This document shows, piece by piece, positions 1-13,540 of a stretch of DNA of 64,000 nt. The stretch lies in contig NC_042997.1 of NCBI RefSeq assembly GCF_006345805.1, positions 125,302,001 to 125,366,000 of the forward strand. Reading direction: 5' to 3'. Under the pieces are notes generated by a model. That model was not told the origin of the DNA, searched no databases, and saw only the letters and a list, made by a program, of their open reading frames with translations. The position numbers were made by a program, and so were the translations under genes. Source of the DNA: Octopus sinensis (lineage: Eukaryota). Numbering within the stretch: position 1 is the first letter of the stretch; every line of letters starts with the position of its first letter.

Positions 1-135
1 CCTTAGGAATGAGAACCCAGGTTCGAAATTTCCCCAAGACTCTTGATGAAGGCTGGAGGGTATATCAGCGGAAACTTTGTGTTAACAACAAACAAGATGA
101 AGACAAATATCCGTCAAATGTAAATAATGTAAATA
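1..135 (+). mobile_element. Probable 3' end (pLTR) of a Penelope-like element with a degenerate minimal hammerhead at 39-84
   Basis: TTGATGA(43-49; C3>U)-A-G-GCTG..CAGC-G-GAAAC(71-75)-TTT-GTGT. GTGT can pair with ACTC(39-42) at 3 of 4 positions. The segment ends in a short (GTAAATAAT)2 repeat. Confidence 0.4.
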
Positions 136-189
136 ATGGTGTTAATTTGATTAAACGTAGTAGCTTGTCAATTTTTATCAATCCCTACC

Positions 190-425
190 AAGGAGCTTGA
201 GAGCTAGAAGTAATACTTCCTTAAGTGGACTCCCGTACTACTAAAAAAAGGCAACTAAATCTATACACCCAAAATTATACCCTACCGTCTTCAGATAGGA
301 AGGACACATTGGATAATATAACCACTATAACTAGAAGACAGACAGGATAGTCATGGCTGGAATGCTTTTGATGAAAGGTCTACACGCACAACGCTGATTC
401 GAGACTAAATAATAACAACAATAGA
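190..425 (+). mobile_element. Decayed LINE-like 3' end with (AAC)n tail; homologous end at about 48283-48360 on the minus strand
   Basis: gatagtcatggctggaatgcttttgat..ggtct matches the reverse complement of 48283-48360 (ggtagtcacggctggactgccttcgatcacaggtct). Both are followed by A/AAC-rich tails. Confidence 0.35.
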
Positions 426-679
426 AATTTCAACAACAACAACGAGAGCCAACTCAACAACTGCAATGATAGATAGCCACCTTCACAACCACAACGATAG
501 CAACTTCATATCCAAGATAAAATTGGAATGATCTAGGCACTTGAAACAACATAAGAACATTGGTTTCCCAATCACGATACCAAATACTAATAGGAATATA
601 AGAAAATTCCTCATTAAAAGTTATAAACGTTGAGCAGAATCATTTTTTAAATTCTGACAGACACACAAGCGCGCACGCA

Positions 680-1076
680 CATATATACATATATACATAT
701 ATACTTATACATATATATATATATATGTATGTATGTATGTGTGTGTGTATATATATATATATATTATATATATATATATATATAATATATATATATTAGT
801 GTGTGTTTACGTACCAGATCTTCCTTTTAAAGAAATTTATTAAACGGTCGAATGAATCTTATTTCAATAATCTTATATTCTTCTTTTTCCATTTTGCGTA
901 TTCCTCGCTAACTTTTTTTTCCGAGGAAGTACTGTATATAAAGTAAATTAAGTAGATACTTATCAATACTCTCTGGAAATACTTATTTATCCAAGAAAAT
1001 GGTTATTTATTCAACGAACATACATATATATATAATATATATATATATATACATAACTATATACATAGAAGTACAA

Positions 1077-1143
<67 letters not shown>

Positions 1144-1215
1144 AATATATGCATAAATATATACATAAAAGTACAAATATATAGGTATACATATATATAT
1201 ATATATACTTTCACA
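680..1215. repeat. (TA)n/(TG)n compound microsatellites
   Basis: Directly visible at 680-800 and 1020-1210; these generate the spurious IY-repeat ORFs. Confidence 0.95.
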
Positions 1216-2677
1216 CACAGACATAATTATGCATGTGTGTGTCTGTTTATATGTTTGTGCCAGCATTATTAAATGCTTCCGTGTATATGAGTGTGTGTGT
1301 TTGTCTCTATGATGTGTATATTCGGAGACAAGTAGACAGTATTAGAAATTATCTGCAGCAGCTGTAAATTTCTTCATTAGAAAAATGTTTTGATATTTGT
1401 TCATCTCTTTCAGTCACATATTTGTTTTATGTATAATTTTTCTTACTTTTCTTGCGTTTTTGTACGTTTCTTACTTTCTATATTTCCCTTGTGATTTTCC
1501 AGATGACACAGACTTACCAAATATGGTAAAATTATAGAACTGATGCTACAAGAAATTAAACAAACATATATTTCTATAGTAATGTCTAAAGAAACATAAT
1601 TAAATATAACAACGAACAATCCGATGTAACAGTTCTAAGTTGTGTGACCTTTAGATATTATTGATGAAACTAGGGATTTGAAATTATTAGAAATGTGGTG
1701 TTTTGTCATTCGAGAATTTCTCACTAATAATAACTATTTGATAAAAATATCAACCGAGAATTGAAACCGAGTTCAACTAGCAAACACAGCTACAATAAAA
1801 CACATAGTCTGTCTTTCATAGAATTCGCCTTTGGATTTGTTGGGAACGTAAAGTAGAATTTTAGGACTATGAAAATAGATCCCATAAATTTATTATACAT
1901 TTTTGTTATTATTTAGAATAAGCAGTAATGACTTTCTCAGGCTCTATATCAGGCTAATGGCATTAATACATCTGATGAAAGTTACGTGAATGGAAAGAAG
2001 AACGTGTGTGATAGTTACTTGGAATTCCTTATACATAAAATAACTGTTGCTTCCCTTGATCACTTGCATAAGGTTTTTTATATTCATTGCTCAATTTCCA
2101 AGTTCCACATCATGTCACAACGTTGTAGAAGGGAAAATTGAAATTGTATGACGACTGTCAGTTTCTTAGAGACATTAAGAGATAAAATGGGATGGATTTG
2201 GTGGTTCTAACTTAGAACCAGAATTATGCTCGCTGACTAGATGCACTATAAATTGGCTTCATGTTCTATATTCTTCGCTACGTTGAAATCAAACATCACT
2301 ATCATTTTTAATTTTATTTTATATTGAATTTCCTGAACAATTTCATCGTTCGTTATAGGGTGTCCAACAACGCAATAATCATTTGGCTCACTGCATTTGT
2401 GACGTAAGACCTGTTTGTTGGCACAAAATACATAAATGTGCACACACACACAGCACGCACAAATATACGATATTTGATATTCAGAACAGAGGTCAGTCGA
2501 TATCATTGGTTCCAACACTTGGCTATTACTGTATTATTTCGAACCCAATACTTGAATGGTACTTTGGTCTTTGACTCCGATAGAAAAGATAATGAAGATC
2601 ACCTCGGTTTGGGTGGGAATCGTAACGCGAAGAGTCAAAATAAATACTATAGTTCACTTTTTCCTGACGCTCTAACG

Positions 2678-2717
<40 letters not shown>

Positions 2718-2729
2718 ATATATATATAT

Positions 2730-2818
<89 letters not shown>

Positions 2819-2896
2819 CTTTCTATCTCACACACATACAGATATATGTCTATATATGAATATTATATATTTGTTTGTGTGTGTGTGTGCGTGTGT

Positions 2897-3213
2897 GGAA
2901 GCGCAATGGCCCAGTGGTTAGGGCAGCGGACTCGCGGTCGGAGGATCGCGGTTTCGATTCCCAGCCCGGGTGTCGTGTGTTTTTATTGAGCGAAAATACC
3001 TAAAGCTGCACGAGGCTCCGGCAGTACAACAGGGGTCGCCACCACCCCTGTTGTACTCTTTTACCCCAACTTTCTCTCGCTCTTTCTTCCTGTTTCTTGA
3101 GTAACGCTGCGATGGACTGACGTACCGTCCAGTTGGGGGGAACACATACGCCATAGAAACCGGGAAACCGGGCCCATGAGCCTGGCTAGGCTTCAAAAGG
3201 GCGCAGAAATAAT
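2897..3213 (+). mobile_element. tRNA-derived SINE, family D (tail type X)
   Basis: Head has an A-box (TGGCCCAGTGGTTAGG) and a B-box (GGTTTCGATTCC). The body is shared with 36277, 44983 and 25134. The distinct tail is gctgcgatggactgacgtaccgtccag..gggcgcag followed by an A-rich end. Confidence 0.85.
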
Positions 3214-3951
3214 ATTTATATATATATATATGTGTGTGTGTGTATATATGGCTCTATTGACGTTATCTCTGTCCGATGGCAGTTGAAAGAGTTTCCTGTT
3301 TATGTTGACTAATATATTTCTAATTTATGCAATGAATTATATTTAAAAGCTGCTGACAATCATCAGTTGGTCCAGAAATGTTGATTCACTTAAAATTGCT
3401 ACATCCAAACCATCCAAAATCTAATTCATAAAGAGCTTCATAAAAATGCACAAAAATAAAAAAAAAAAACAGCATAAAAAATCAAAAATACTATTTTACT
3501 CTTAGAAGTTTTTCTGGGGAAACAAGCTTTTTTTCTTTCTTTTTCCCCAAACCTGTATTATTCATTTACATAATTACTCTAAATAAATTAGTTTTCTAAT
3601 CAGCAACTTTTTTTCTGATGTCCACTGATATGCGTGCTGGTATAAATATTCTTAATTTTTTTTCACTGCAGTAGTAACAAGAACAGCTACCCGGAAGACA
3701 TCACATAGTTAATCGAGGTACATCCCTGCAAAGAGGTGCCTCTGCTCAGAATTTTAGCAACCTAAACGCAAAGACTGTGACTTACAACAGGAAACATACC
3801 AAAATATATTTATTGTCGCATATTTATATATGTTTATATATGTTTAATGTATGTATAGAGATAGATAGATAGATGGATAAATAGATAGAGAGAGAGAGAT
3901 AGAGAAATAGATAGATATAGATAGATAGATGGATAGATGGATAGATAGATG

Positions 3952-3995
<44 letters not shown>

Positions 3996-3999
3996 TTTC

Positions 4000-4285
4000 T
4001 TATCTTTTTTACTTATTTCATCATTGAACTGCGGTCATGCTGGGGCACCATCTTTTGCCGAACCACTAAGTTACGAAGACGTGAACAAACCAACACCGGT
4101 TGTCAAACGATAATGATTGACAAACACGGACACAAAATACACACACATAAAAATATGCATCACGGGCTTTCACACAGTCTTCGTCTACCAAATTCACTGA
4201 CTGGTTGGCCTGGGACTATATTAAAAGCGATTTATACAAGATGCTAAGCAGTGAGGATGAACCCGAAACCAAGTGGTTACAAAGC
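4000..4285 (-). mobile_element. Decayed family B SINE (CORE-like)
   Basis: Diverged match to the copy at 43670-44103 (gcggtcatgctggggcacc; gtctaccaaattcact; gaacccgaaacc). Confidence 0.7.
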
Positions 4286-5194
4286 AACGATCAATTTCGT
4301 GATAAAGTAGGAGTGATATTCCAAGTGACATGATCGAATCTTGTAACGCGTCGTTGAAAAGCGAAATTCTTAACTACGTAGTCATGGGCTCGAATAAGAA
4401 CCGAAACTGGGATCGATCTCTCAGCCGGCATATAGGTTATACTCAAGGTTTTAATCAAATATTTAAATTTGGTTCCAGCAGAAAGGAGCCAACAAGAGTT
4501 TTCAATTTTAAAACCATTAATTTTCAGAGAAAGAGAAAATATTGAAAAAAAGAAGAAAAAATATTATTAACAAGAAGAAATAAAGACAACAAAATTAACT
4601 TTCTATTTTTTCATATTAAATTCATGCAGAGTCTTACCGGATCTTGTATGGTCTGACAATTAATAAATTTTTAAAATTATTTTTTTGTATTATATTATTT
4701 TCTTTCATTAGTGAAATTGTTGTGTTTGTTGTTTTGTTAATATTAAAATATGCTCGATTGAAAGTATTTTTAAAATAAAAATGATACAACGAAAAAGAAA
4801 TAAATAAATAATAAAGAGAAATGAATATAAAAATTGCGATCAATCTTTATGTTTCTGCTGTTGTTGTTACTGTTGTTGTTGTTGTTGTTGTTCTAGTTGT
4901 ATTTTAATTATTTTGATGACATAAAACAGTTTTCGAAACCTGAAGAATTCTTCATCATATTCCATAACATCATAGTTTTGGTTTTAATTTCTCTTCTGAC
5001 CAAAGAATCTTCTTCCTAGACAAATTCATCATGGAGATTTTAATTTGATAATTTAATTTCTGCCTGATATAATTGGCTGAGATATCTAAATAGAGTAAGA
5101 CGACAAGTAATAAACAGACATAGCTGTTTATTGAAAGTAGTTAATGATGCATATATACACTTATGTGCTGTATATATGTGCACAAACTCACACG

Positions 5195-5230
<36 letters not shown>

Positions 5231-5454
5231 GTGATTTGACTGCGGCCATGCTGGAGCACCTTCTTTAGTCGAACAAATCTAACACAGAACTTATTCTTTG
5301 TAAGCCTAATACTTATTCTATCGAAATCTTTTGCCAAACCGCTAATTTACGGGGACGTAAACACACCAACATCGAGCATCAAGCGATGGTCGGAGGACAG
5401 ACATAGATACACGAATACATACATTATGAATACATACACACATACACACACACG

Positions 5455-5486
<32 letters not shown>

Positions 5487-5512
5487 CATATACATACATA
5501 TATATATATATA

Positions 5513-5714
5513 GTTAATCCAAACATGAAAAACACAAAGAGAAAACACAACAACGCGAGGACGTGGAATAGTGTTATTGGACGGTTAGTAAAGGAAAGAA
5601 AGAAGGGGAATTTAACGTTTCGAGCGGAGCTCTTCGTCAGAAACATAGAAAAAGGAAAGGTCCAAGGAAGGGAAAACGGAGAAAGAAAATCGCCAACGAT
5701 ACAGACGCGCTCAC
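5513..5714 (-). mobile_element. About 200-bp PLE pLTR-like module carrying a hammerhead, inserted in (TA)n
   Basis: Order is pyrimidine tract, HHR, about 95 nt, then an end in (TA)n. The same 27-nt terminus (gttaatccaaacatgaaaacacaaaga) recurs at 6554-6580. Confidence 0.7.
5610..5644 (-). ncRNA. Minimal type I hammerhead ribozyme, intact core
   Basis: RNA reads GUUU-CUGACGA-A-GAGC-UCC-GCUC-GAAAC-GUU^AAAU. Stem I is UUU/AAA plus G-U, stem II has 4 bp, and stem III is the palindrome AACGUU. Confidence 0.8.
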
Positions 5715-5998
5715 ATATTGAACTCATATATGAGTTTCCGTCTTTCAGTTTCCGGCTACCAAATCCACTCACAAGGATTCCATCGGCCCGAGGCAATAGT
5801 AGAAGACATTTCTGCCATGGGGCCATGCAGTGGGACTGAACCCGGAACCATGTTGTTTGAAGGCAAACTTCTTTCCACACAGCCGCCCTTTGTGATTCAA
5901 TGCAAATAAAGGCGGCTACAACAACCGAGAAAGGGCGAAACGCAAAATAAAACAAGTGAAACCTGTTGGTCACCCTCTGTGCTTTTCTCCATCCCCAG

Positions 5999-6049
5999 TC
6001 ATCTTGACCTTGTCTTACCACTGGAATGCAGATGACCATGGACGAAAAG
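5999..6049 (+). other. Candidate 51-nt host exon
   Basis: Pyrimidine tract ctctgtgcttttctccatccccAG upstream and AAG|GTAAGG donor downstream. It is open in phase 1 (xILTLSYHWNADDHGRK), or reads ATG CAG ATG ACC ATG GAC GAA AAG after an in-frame stop. No homology recognised. Confidence 0.3.
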
Positions 6050-6419
6050 GTAAGGTTGAAGGAATAAGGGTATGCAAAATCTTCTTCACTTAAAACAAAG
6101 GGGCAAATTATCAGTCATCTTCGAGAATGAACCATGTCGCTCCGACGGACGAACATGTAATACATATAAATATATACGTGTTGCGTGTATATGCGCGCGC
6201 GTGTGTATATGTATGGATGGATGGCGAGTAAAAGTGTGGAGTGGAGTGAAAGCTTTCAAGAAACCAGGATGACCCATGCGAAACGCAAAAGTAATTTAAA
6301 GAAAAATGCTACGATCAACAAGAAAATGAATCTCGACTACCTTTTTGCGTGCACAGTTTCTGAGAAATCATGATTTCTTTTGATGACCCTTGAAAAACGA
6401 ACCTCTAACAACTACTTTT

Positions 6420-6545
6420 ATTTCTTTGCTACCCACAGGGGGCTACACACAGATGGGACAAACAAGGACAGACAGACAGATTAAGTCGACCCCAGTGCGT
6501 AACTGGTACTTATTTAATCGACCCCGAAAGGATGAAAGGCAAAGT
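6420..6545 (-). mobile_element. 3' part of a family A SINE
   Basis: Matches 18851-19083 (cccacagggggcta..gaccccagtgcgtaactggtac..ccccgaaaggatgaaaggcaaagt). Confidence 0.85.
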
Positions 6546-6580
6546 TACATATAGTTAATCCAAACATGAAAACACAAAGA

Positions 6581-7687
<1,107 letters not shown>

Positions 7688-7688
<1 letters not shown>

Positions 7689-8062
7689 CTCTCACTTTGA
7701 AAGGTATGCTTTTGTAGTCCAGGCACAGGAAATAAAATACATGATGCATAAAAGGAATAGGGATGCAAGTAAACACCTCGATATGACAACTGATGCAGAC
7801 TGTGAATTTAACACCCAAGAATTAATTCGTATTGTAAGCAACTCTCCGAAAATGTCATCGCGATACTATCTTCCAATGAAGCACGGTGTAGTGTCAAAAA
7901 CATCATGCATTGCAAGCCATAGCAATTATACTGAAGATAAAAATATAAACATTGCAGTGTTGTAGAGGGAATATTTCCCCATTATATCAAAGAAAATTTG
8001 TCAGGTGTTCCCGTCAAAAGCTCAAGAAAATATAGGCGTAACAAACCCGATGTGATGATCGG
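7688..8062 (+). pseudogene. Decayed R4/Dong-like (RLE-type) non-LTR retrotransposon fragment: Zn-knuckle region to start of PD-(D/E)xK endonuclease
   Basis: [37 protein letters not shown] resembles the decayed CCHC/RH region of R4-type elements. After a frameshift, KYRRNKPDVMIG aligns with KCKHNRPDIMIW of the 12.2-kb copy. Confidence 0.6.
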
Positions 8063-8104
8063 TACAGAGTAACTCCATTATAAGCATGGAACTATGAAAA
8101 CAGC

Positions 8105-8420
8105 TAAAGGTCAATAAATATGTGCCGTTACATTTTTAATCAATCAAAAATGAACCATTTTGTTGCACAATGCGTCTCCATCTTTCCTTTAACTTGAAAA
8201 TATCCACTTCCCAGTATTGAGGTGGTTTCATGGCAAAGAATTCATCAAGGTATCTTTTTACGTCATCGAAGGAATTGAAATATTTACCATTAAGACTATC
8301 CTGCAGAGACCTGAATAAGTGGACATCAGAAGGAGCAACATCTGGTGAATATGGAGGGTGGGATAGCACATCCCAGCCGAGCTGCAGCAATTTTTGTCTG
8401 GTTCCCAAAGCATCAAGTGC
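8105..8420 (-). mobile_element. Fragment of an internally deleted mariner (same derivative family as 16492-17041)
   Basis: TRQKLLQLGWDVLSHPPYSPDVAPSDVHLF contains the mariner YSPDLAPSD motif. It shares the junction gcacttgatgctttgggaaccagacaaaaattg with the 16.5-kb copy. Confidence 0.9.
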
Positions 8421-8520
8421 ACTTACATATATGCACACTAATGTAACTAACTTCTATCTTTAATAAGTAAAGTTTCGTGGCAAACGTATACATGTTGCTG
8501 TAAAGATGTAGTTACAAACT

Positions 8521-8739
8521 GCTACAACTGACACTTTCGTGTCAATGAAGGAACTTCAGTCTCTCAAGTTGCTAGAAATAGCAGCTAAATGTTCACAAAT
8601 TGTACTCTACCGTCTTTAGAAAAGTTAGTGCTACAGCTGACACGAAAGTGTCAATGAGGGAACTTCAGGCTCTCAAGTTGCTAGAAATAGCAGCTACATT
8701 TTCACAAATTGTACTCTACCGTCTTTAGAAAATCTAGTG
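8521..8739. repeat. Two-copy 109-bp tandem repeat
   Basis: Units start at 8521 and 8630 and are near-identical; each contains a TGACAC-N4-GTGTCA hairpin. Confidence 0.9.
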
Positions 8740-10722
8740 TACATTGAATAATACTGTCCTCGATAAACTATGTACGAAATAATAAAGTGAAAATTGTCAC
8801 GGATGAAATAACTTTCATTGGAATTCAACGACAAAAGCAACAGCAAATACAACAACAACAGTTGTAGCGTTTACTTTCCATTACGCAGTACAGTCTGAAT
8901 CATCTCTGTAGTCTTTGGTATTTTATTAGCATAACAAACCTACTAAAAGCTGAAATAATAAAATAGTCACATGTACCATTGGCCAGAATCTAATGTTTTC
9001 AAATAGCTCAAAAGATCGTAAATGCAATTCATTTCACAATTTCAATTACAGTGAAAGCAGAGTTGATTTCTCTGTTTAAACTGACATTTTATTAAAATCG
9101 TTTTGTTAGAGGAAAATTGTTCTGCATACATAAACAAATTGGTGTCCCCTTGAAAAATAGCAGATGGAAAGATAAATTCTGAAACGAAGAATTAAGATCT
9201 AACAGAGTTACTATGTCGATTTAGTGCCTTTGTTAGGAAATTACTAATTTATTGTCTTCTGAAAAGGTAACAAAAATAAGGGGAATATCAAATAAAATCT
9301 TCGTTGTTTCATGTTTAGAAAAAGTCTAACCTAACATTAATAGAGGCTGGGGGATACGCAAATTTAGTAGTTCGGACACAAAAGATTTGCGATTTCAATA
9401 CAGTTAGAGATTGTAAGAACAATGTTCCTTGCAAGATACATATATTCCGTGTAGGAAGTTCTCAGCGTAATTAAAATAGAATTCACATGCGAAAATATCT
9501 GAATACCAATAAACGTGAATAAAAGCTGTGTTATTACAAAAGAATTTTACTGCTTGCTTAGTGTTTTTGAAGCGATTTTTATTTTCATCCTTTTGAAAGA
9601 ATTACATTCAAAGGAAAATTATTTCGTAACTCAGTATTGTTTGCCAGCATCTTTGTCGCGTAGCTTAGACAATTTCAGAACAAACATTGTGTATGCTGAG
9701 GTTAAAGAAAAATATTTTATTCAAAGAAATTACTAATGAAAGCTTATTGAATATTCAGAAAATAGCAACTGTGAATATTGCTCGATATTGTTTAGAAGGC
9801 TCCATATACCTTAATAACATTTGCTAGTTTTATTACACATATTGTACTATTTCCCTTTTGTAGAAAGCCCTCATAATTTTACTTCGTTATTGCTTTATTT
9901 CACTACATTTCTCTAGAGGCCATAGAATGCTGGGACAATAACAATGATCAACTCATTAAAGGCAGCAATGCAGAAATCGGCCAAAGCAATACAACATGAG
10001 AGATCTGTAATAAATGTGATAAGGAAACTTCTGAAACTTTAATCAAAGATATCTCAGAATATGAATAAACAAGGAGAAAACGATAAGATTTTCAGATTAA
10101 TTTGATTTCAATCATAGATTCGTGGAGATTGTATCAACAAACGAGCAACTAAATGAGGATAACATTCAAAATGATTTCTCTCATAAAAACGTATATGAAT
10201 TCAATAGGGAGCAAGAAGCTTTTGTTTTTAACACACATGGCAATATTCGAAATAATTGCATGAAATCCCTGACGGTATTAATTCAGTACAAATTACAATA
10301 TTACGTCAGTATTCAAAGCAACTGGTATGTTGAGGCAGTTGACATCTCTCACAATGTCTTTTTCATACTCTGCCATGAAAACCCTGTTTTAGTTACATGA
10401 AACCTATCTACAATTAAAGTAGTGCCATTGGGAGGATTAATATATGGTTTGTATTATTATTTTGTCTTTTTAGTCGAACGATGGACAAAGGACAAAGCCA
10501 AAGACCGTTGTTGGCGCTTCATTCGGCGACGTTTATAGACCTTCATTCTGGTAATAGGGAAAACAGAAGCAGTTTATTGAAAGGATACAACAAGCAGAAA
10601 TTAAAGAGTATACGTGTGAAGTATAGATGAAATATTTGGTGAATAGATCTGTATACCAACGCCGTTGTTTCGTATTTAGTCACGAATTTTTGAGCAGCAT
10701 ATATATATGTGTGTGTGTGTGT

Positions 10723-10762
<40 letters not shown>

Positions 10763-10855
10763 TATGAATATACATGCACGTATGTGTGTATATGTATATA
10801 CCATATAACTGTATATATATGTGTGTGTGTGTATGTAATCCTTTATTCTTCTGTC

Positions 10856-11213
10856 CTCTTATTTGTTTCAGTCATTTGACTGCGGCCTTGCTGGAACGCC
10901 GCTTTTAGTCGAACAAATCGATCCCAGGACTTATTCCTTGTAAGCCTAGTACTTATTCAATCGGTTTCTTTTGCCAAACCGCTAAGTTACGGGGACATAA
11001 ACACACTAATATCTGTTGTCATGCGACGGTCGGGGTGACAAACACATACGCACACACACATACACACACACACATAGACATACACACACACACATACATA
11101 TATATATTTAACGGGCTTCATTCAGTTTCCGTCTACCAAATCCACTCACGCTTTGGTCGGCCAGAGGCTATAGTAGAAGTCCCACTTGGGACTGAACACT
11201 TCGGGTTCAGTCC
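10856..11213 (-). mobile_element. Family B SINE with rearranged (fold-back) 5' end
   Basis: Body matches the B consensus. The head is replaced by the hairpin GGACTGAAC-acttcgg-GTTCAGTCC (11189-11213). Confidence 0.85.
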
Positions 11214-11490
11214 TTGTGCCTAGATAGATAGATAGATAGATAGAGAGGGGGGAGACAGAGAAAGAGATGTATACGTAGGTGTGTGTATATATATATATAT
11301 GCACGTATATGTATGTATGTTTGTATGTATGTATATAATTGTTGTTTAATTTCAAGATTACTTGCTAATAAAGAGCCGGTTTCTAACCTAGATTCTAGGA
11401 TCCTTCATAAGAATTTCAACATCAATAACATGGTATTTTTGTTTGTTTGTTTGTATGTATGTATGTGTGTATGTATGTAGGTAGGTAGGT

Positions 11491-11673
11491 ATGATAGATC
11501 GCTCGCCACTAATGCATTTCTGTTTTATCTCCCTGTATATTTCTGCGTTCCTTTCTGACGAAGAGCGTAGGCTCGAAACGTAAAAGACTTTCTCTTTTCC
11601 CAAGCGTTAAATTAATACATATATTTGTTGTTTACACACTCGTCTTCGTCTTTAGTTTTTTGTAAATTTTCAC
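11491..11673 (+). mobile_element. About 180-bp PLE pLTR-like module carrying a hammerhead, flanked by (TAGG)n/(TATG)n
   Basis: Same architecture as 5513-5714: pyrimidine tract, HHR, about 90 nt, microsatellite. Confidence 0.7.
11551..11586 (+). ncRNA. Minimal type I hammerhead ribozyme, intact core
   Basis: CUUU-CUGACGA-A-GAGC-GUAG-GCUC-GAAAC-GUA^AAAG. Stem I is a perfect CUUU/AAAG, stem II is GAGC/GCUC, stem III is the palindrome ACGU; predicted cleavage after 11582. Confidence 0.85.
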
Positions 11674-12213
11674 TATGTATGTATGTATGTATGTATGTAT
11701 GTATGTATGTATGTATGTATGTATGTATGTATGTATGTATGTATGTATGTATGTATGTATGTATGAATGCATGTATGTATATGTATGAATATGTGCAGAT
11801 TTGTATGTTTTGTTTTATGTGCATATTTTCATGTATATAGTTGCATATATACTTAAATGATAAACTTTTGGAAAGTTTTACAGATTGTACAGTTCCAGTG
11901 ATGGATTGGATATGAAGTCTTCCAATTAGCGTTCTCCTTTCTGGTTTTGAGAAGCCTAATTTCTCAGGATTGTAATTTAGGCAGTGTGTTACATATCCCA
12001 GTGCCCCAATAGTTACAAGTATAAACCTGAACTTGTAATCTGGATAGAGTAACTGCAGATTTCTCAATAATTCAGCATAGGTATTCTCTTTTTCACTGTT
12101 CTTCAGCTTTATGGTAACATCCGTTGGACAGCTAATTTCCACAACTGTGCACAGTTTTTCTTCTCCATCCCAAATCATTATATCAGGTCTATTGTGCTTA
12201 CATTTTATTGAAG

Positions 12214-12245
<32 letters not shown>

Positions 12246-12311
12246 TGTATGTATATATGTATGTATGTATGGGTTTGTGTGTGTGTGCATGAGTGTGTGT
12301 GTGTGTGTGTG

Positions 12312-12391
<80 letters not shown>

Positions 12392-12774
12392 TTATATTGA
12401 TTTGGCTAGGATTTAAAGTTGCACCTTCTAGCATATTCAACAGGCTGAATAAACCATTAAAGGCGAAATTCAGAGTTCCACTCATATCAAAATTATAAGT
12501 AATTTTTTTTTTTACACATCAATATAAATTTATAGAGGCCCACCATTAATAAAGGTTGTGTTGCTATCTCTAAGTTGCTCAGCAATATCAAACAATACAT
12601 TCATATATGTATGTGTGTAGGGGCTAGTATGGGATATGGATAGTCAGATACATGTGTATAATGACTCACACAAGCATTCAGTCACACACACACATACATA
12701 CACACACACACCAATACATATATGCATACATATATATGTATGTGTGTGTGTATATATATATATACACACACACA

Positions 12775-12834
<60 letters not shown>

Positions 12835-12839
12835 ACGGT

Positions 12840-12954
12840 CAGATAGCCTGGCAGATAGGCAGATAATCAGACAGACAGGCAGAGACATACATATATACTT
12901 GAATAAAGACAGACAGACAAACAAACAAACTGACAGACAGACAGACAGACGGAC

Positions 12955-13040
<86 letters not shown>

Positions 13041-13540
13041 ACAGACAAATAGATAGAGAGAGAGAGAAAGAGAGAGAAATAGATAGAGAGATAAATAGAC
13101 AGACAGACAGAAGAAAGACAGACAGTTAGACAGACAGACAGACAGACAGTCAGTCAGATAGATAGATAGATAGATAGATAGATATGGAGGAGGGGAGAGA
13201 ATGAGGAGAAAGTTATAATCATGGATGAAGGGGAACAGATGTGGATTGTTTTTAATATATGCATAAATAAATGTACGTATATATGAACGGATAGATGGTT
13301 GCTTTGAATAGTAGGTGGATAGTTGGATGGTTGGCTATATAAGAGAGATGGTTGGGTGAATAGGTGTCTGGATGGATGGGTGGATGGATGGATGGATGGA
13401 TGGATGGATGGATGGATGGATGGATGGATGGATGGATGGGTGAGTGTTTGAGTGGATGATGCAGCGATAGAATAATGGAAGGATTGATGGATGTATGGAG
13501 GGTGGAATGACGGGATGGATAAAGAGATGGATGGTTCCAT
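12840..13540. repeat. Purine-strand tetranucleotide array grading GACA, GATA, GAGA, GGAT
   Basis: Directly visible. Confidence 0.9.

Larger units (their letters stand above)
5232..5888 (-). mobile_element. Family B tRNA/CORE-like SINE, interrupted in its internal (CA/TA)n by a hammerhead module
   Basis: The 3' half (5232-5410) and 5' half (5735-5888) both match other B copies. The foreign insert spans 5513-5714. Confidence 0.85.
11337..12213 (-). mobile_element. 5'-truncated R4/Dong-like LINE: RLE domain plus 3' UTR broken by (CATA)n and a nested hammerhead module
   Basis: KHNRPDIMIWD..CTVVEISCP.D..K..EKENTYAELL..LYPDYKF..VTIGALG is a canonical R4-type PD-(D/E)xK endonuclease. Assigning 11337-11440 as its 3' end is inference. 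Confidence 0.75.

Noticed and set aside
2897-2950. tRNA gene calls at SINE heads (families A, B, D)
   Set aside because: No complete acceptor or anticodon stems, and each continues into a SINE body and tail; these are tRNA-derived heads only.
6029-6055. CAGATGA-CCATGGAC-GAAAAG-GTA hammerhead-like motif
   Set aside because: The core U is changed and there is no stem I or III; better explained as an exon end with a splice donor.
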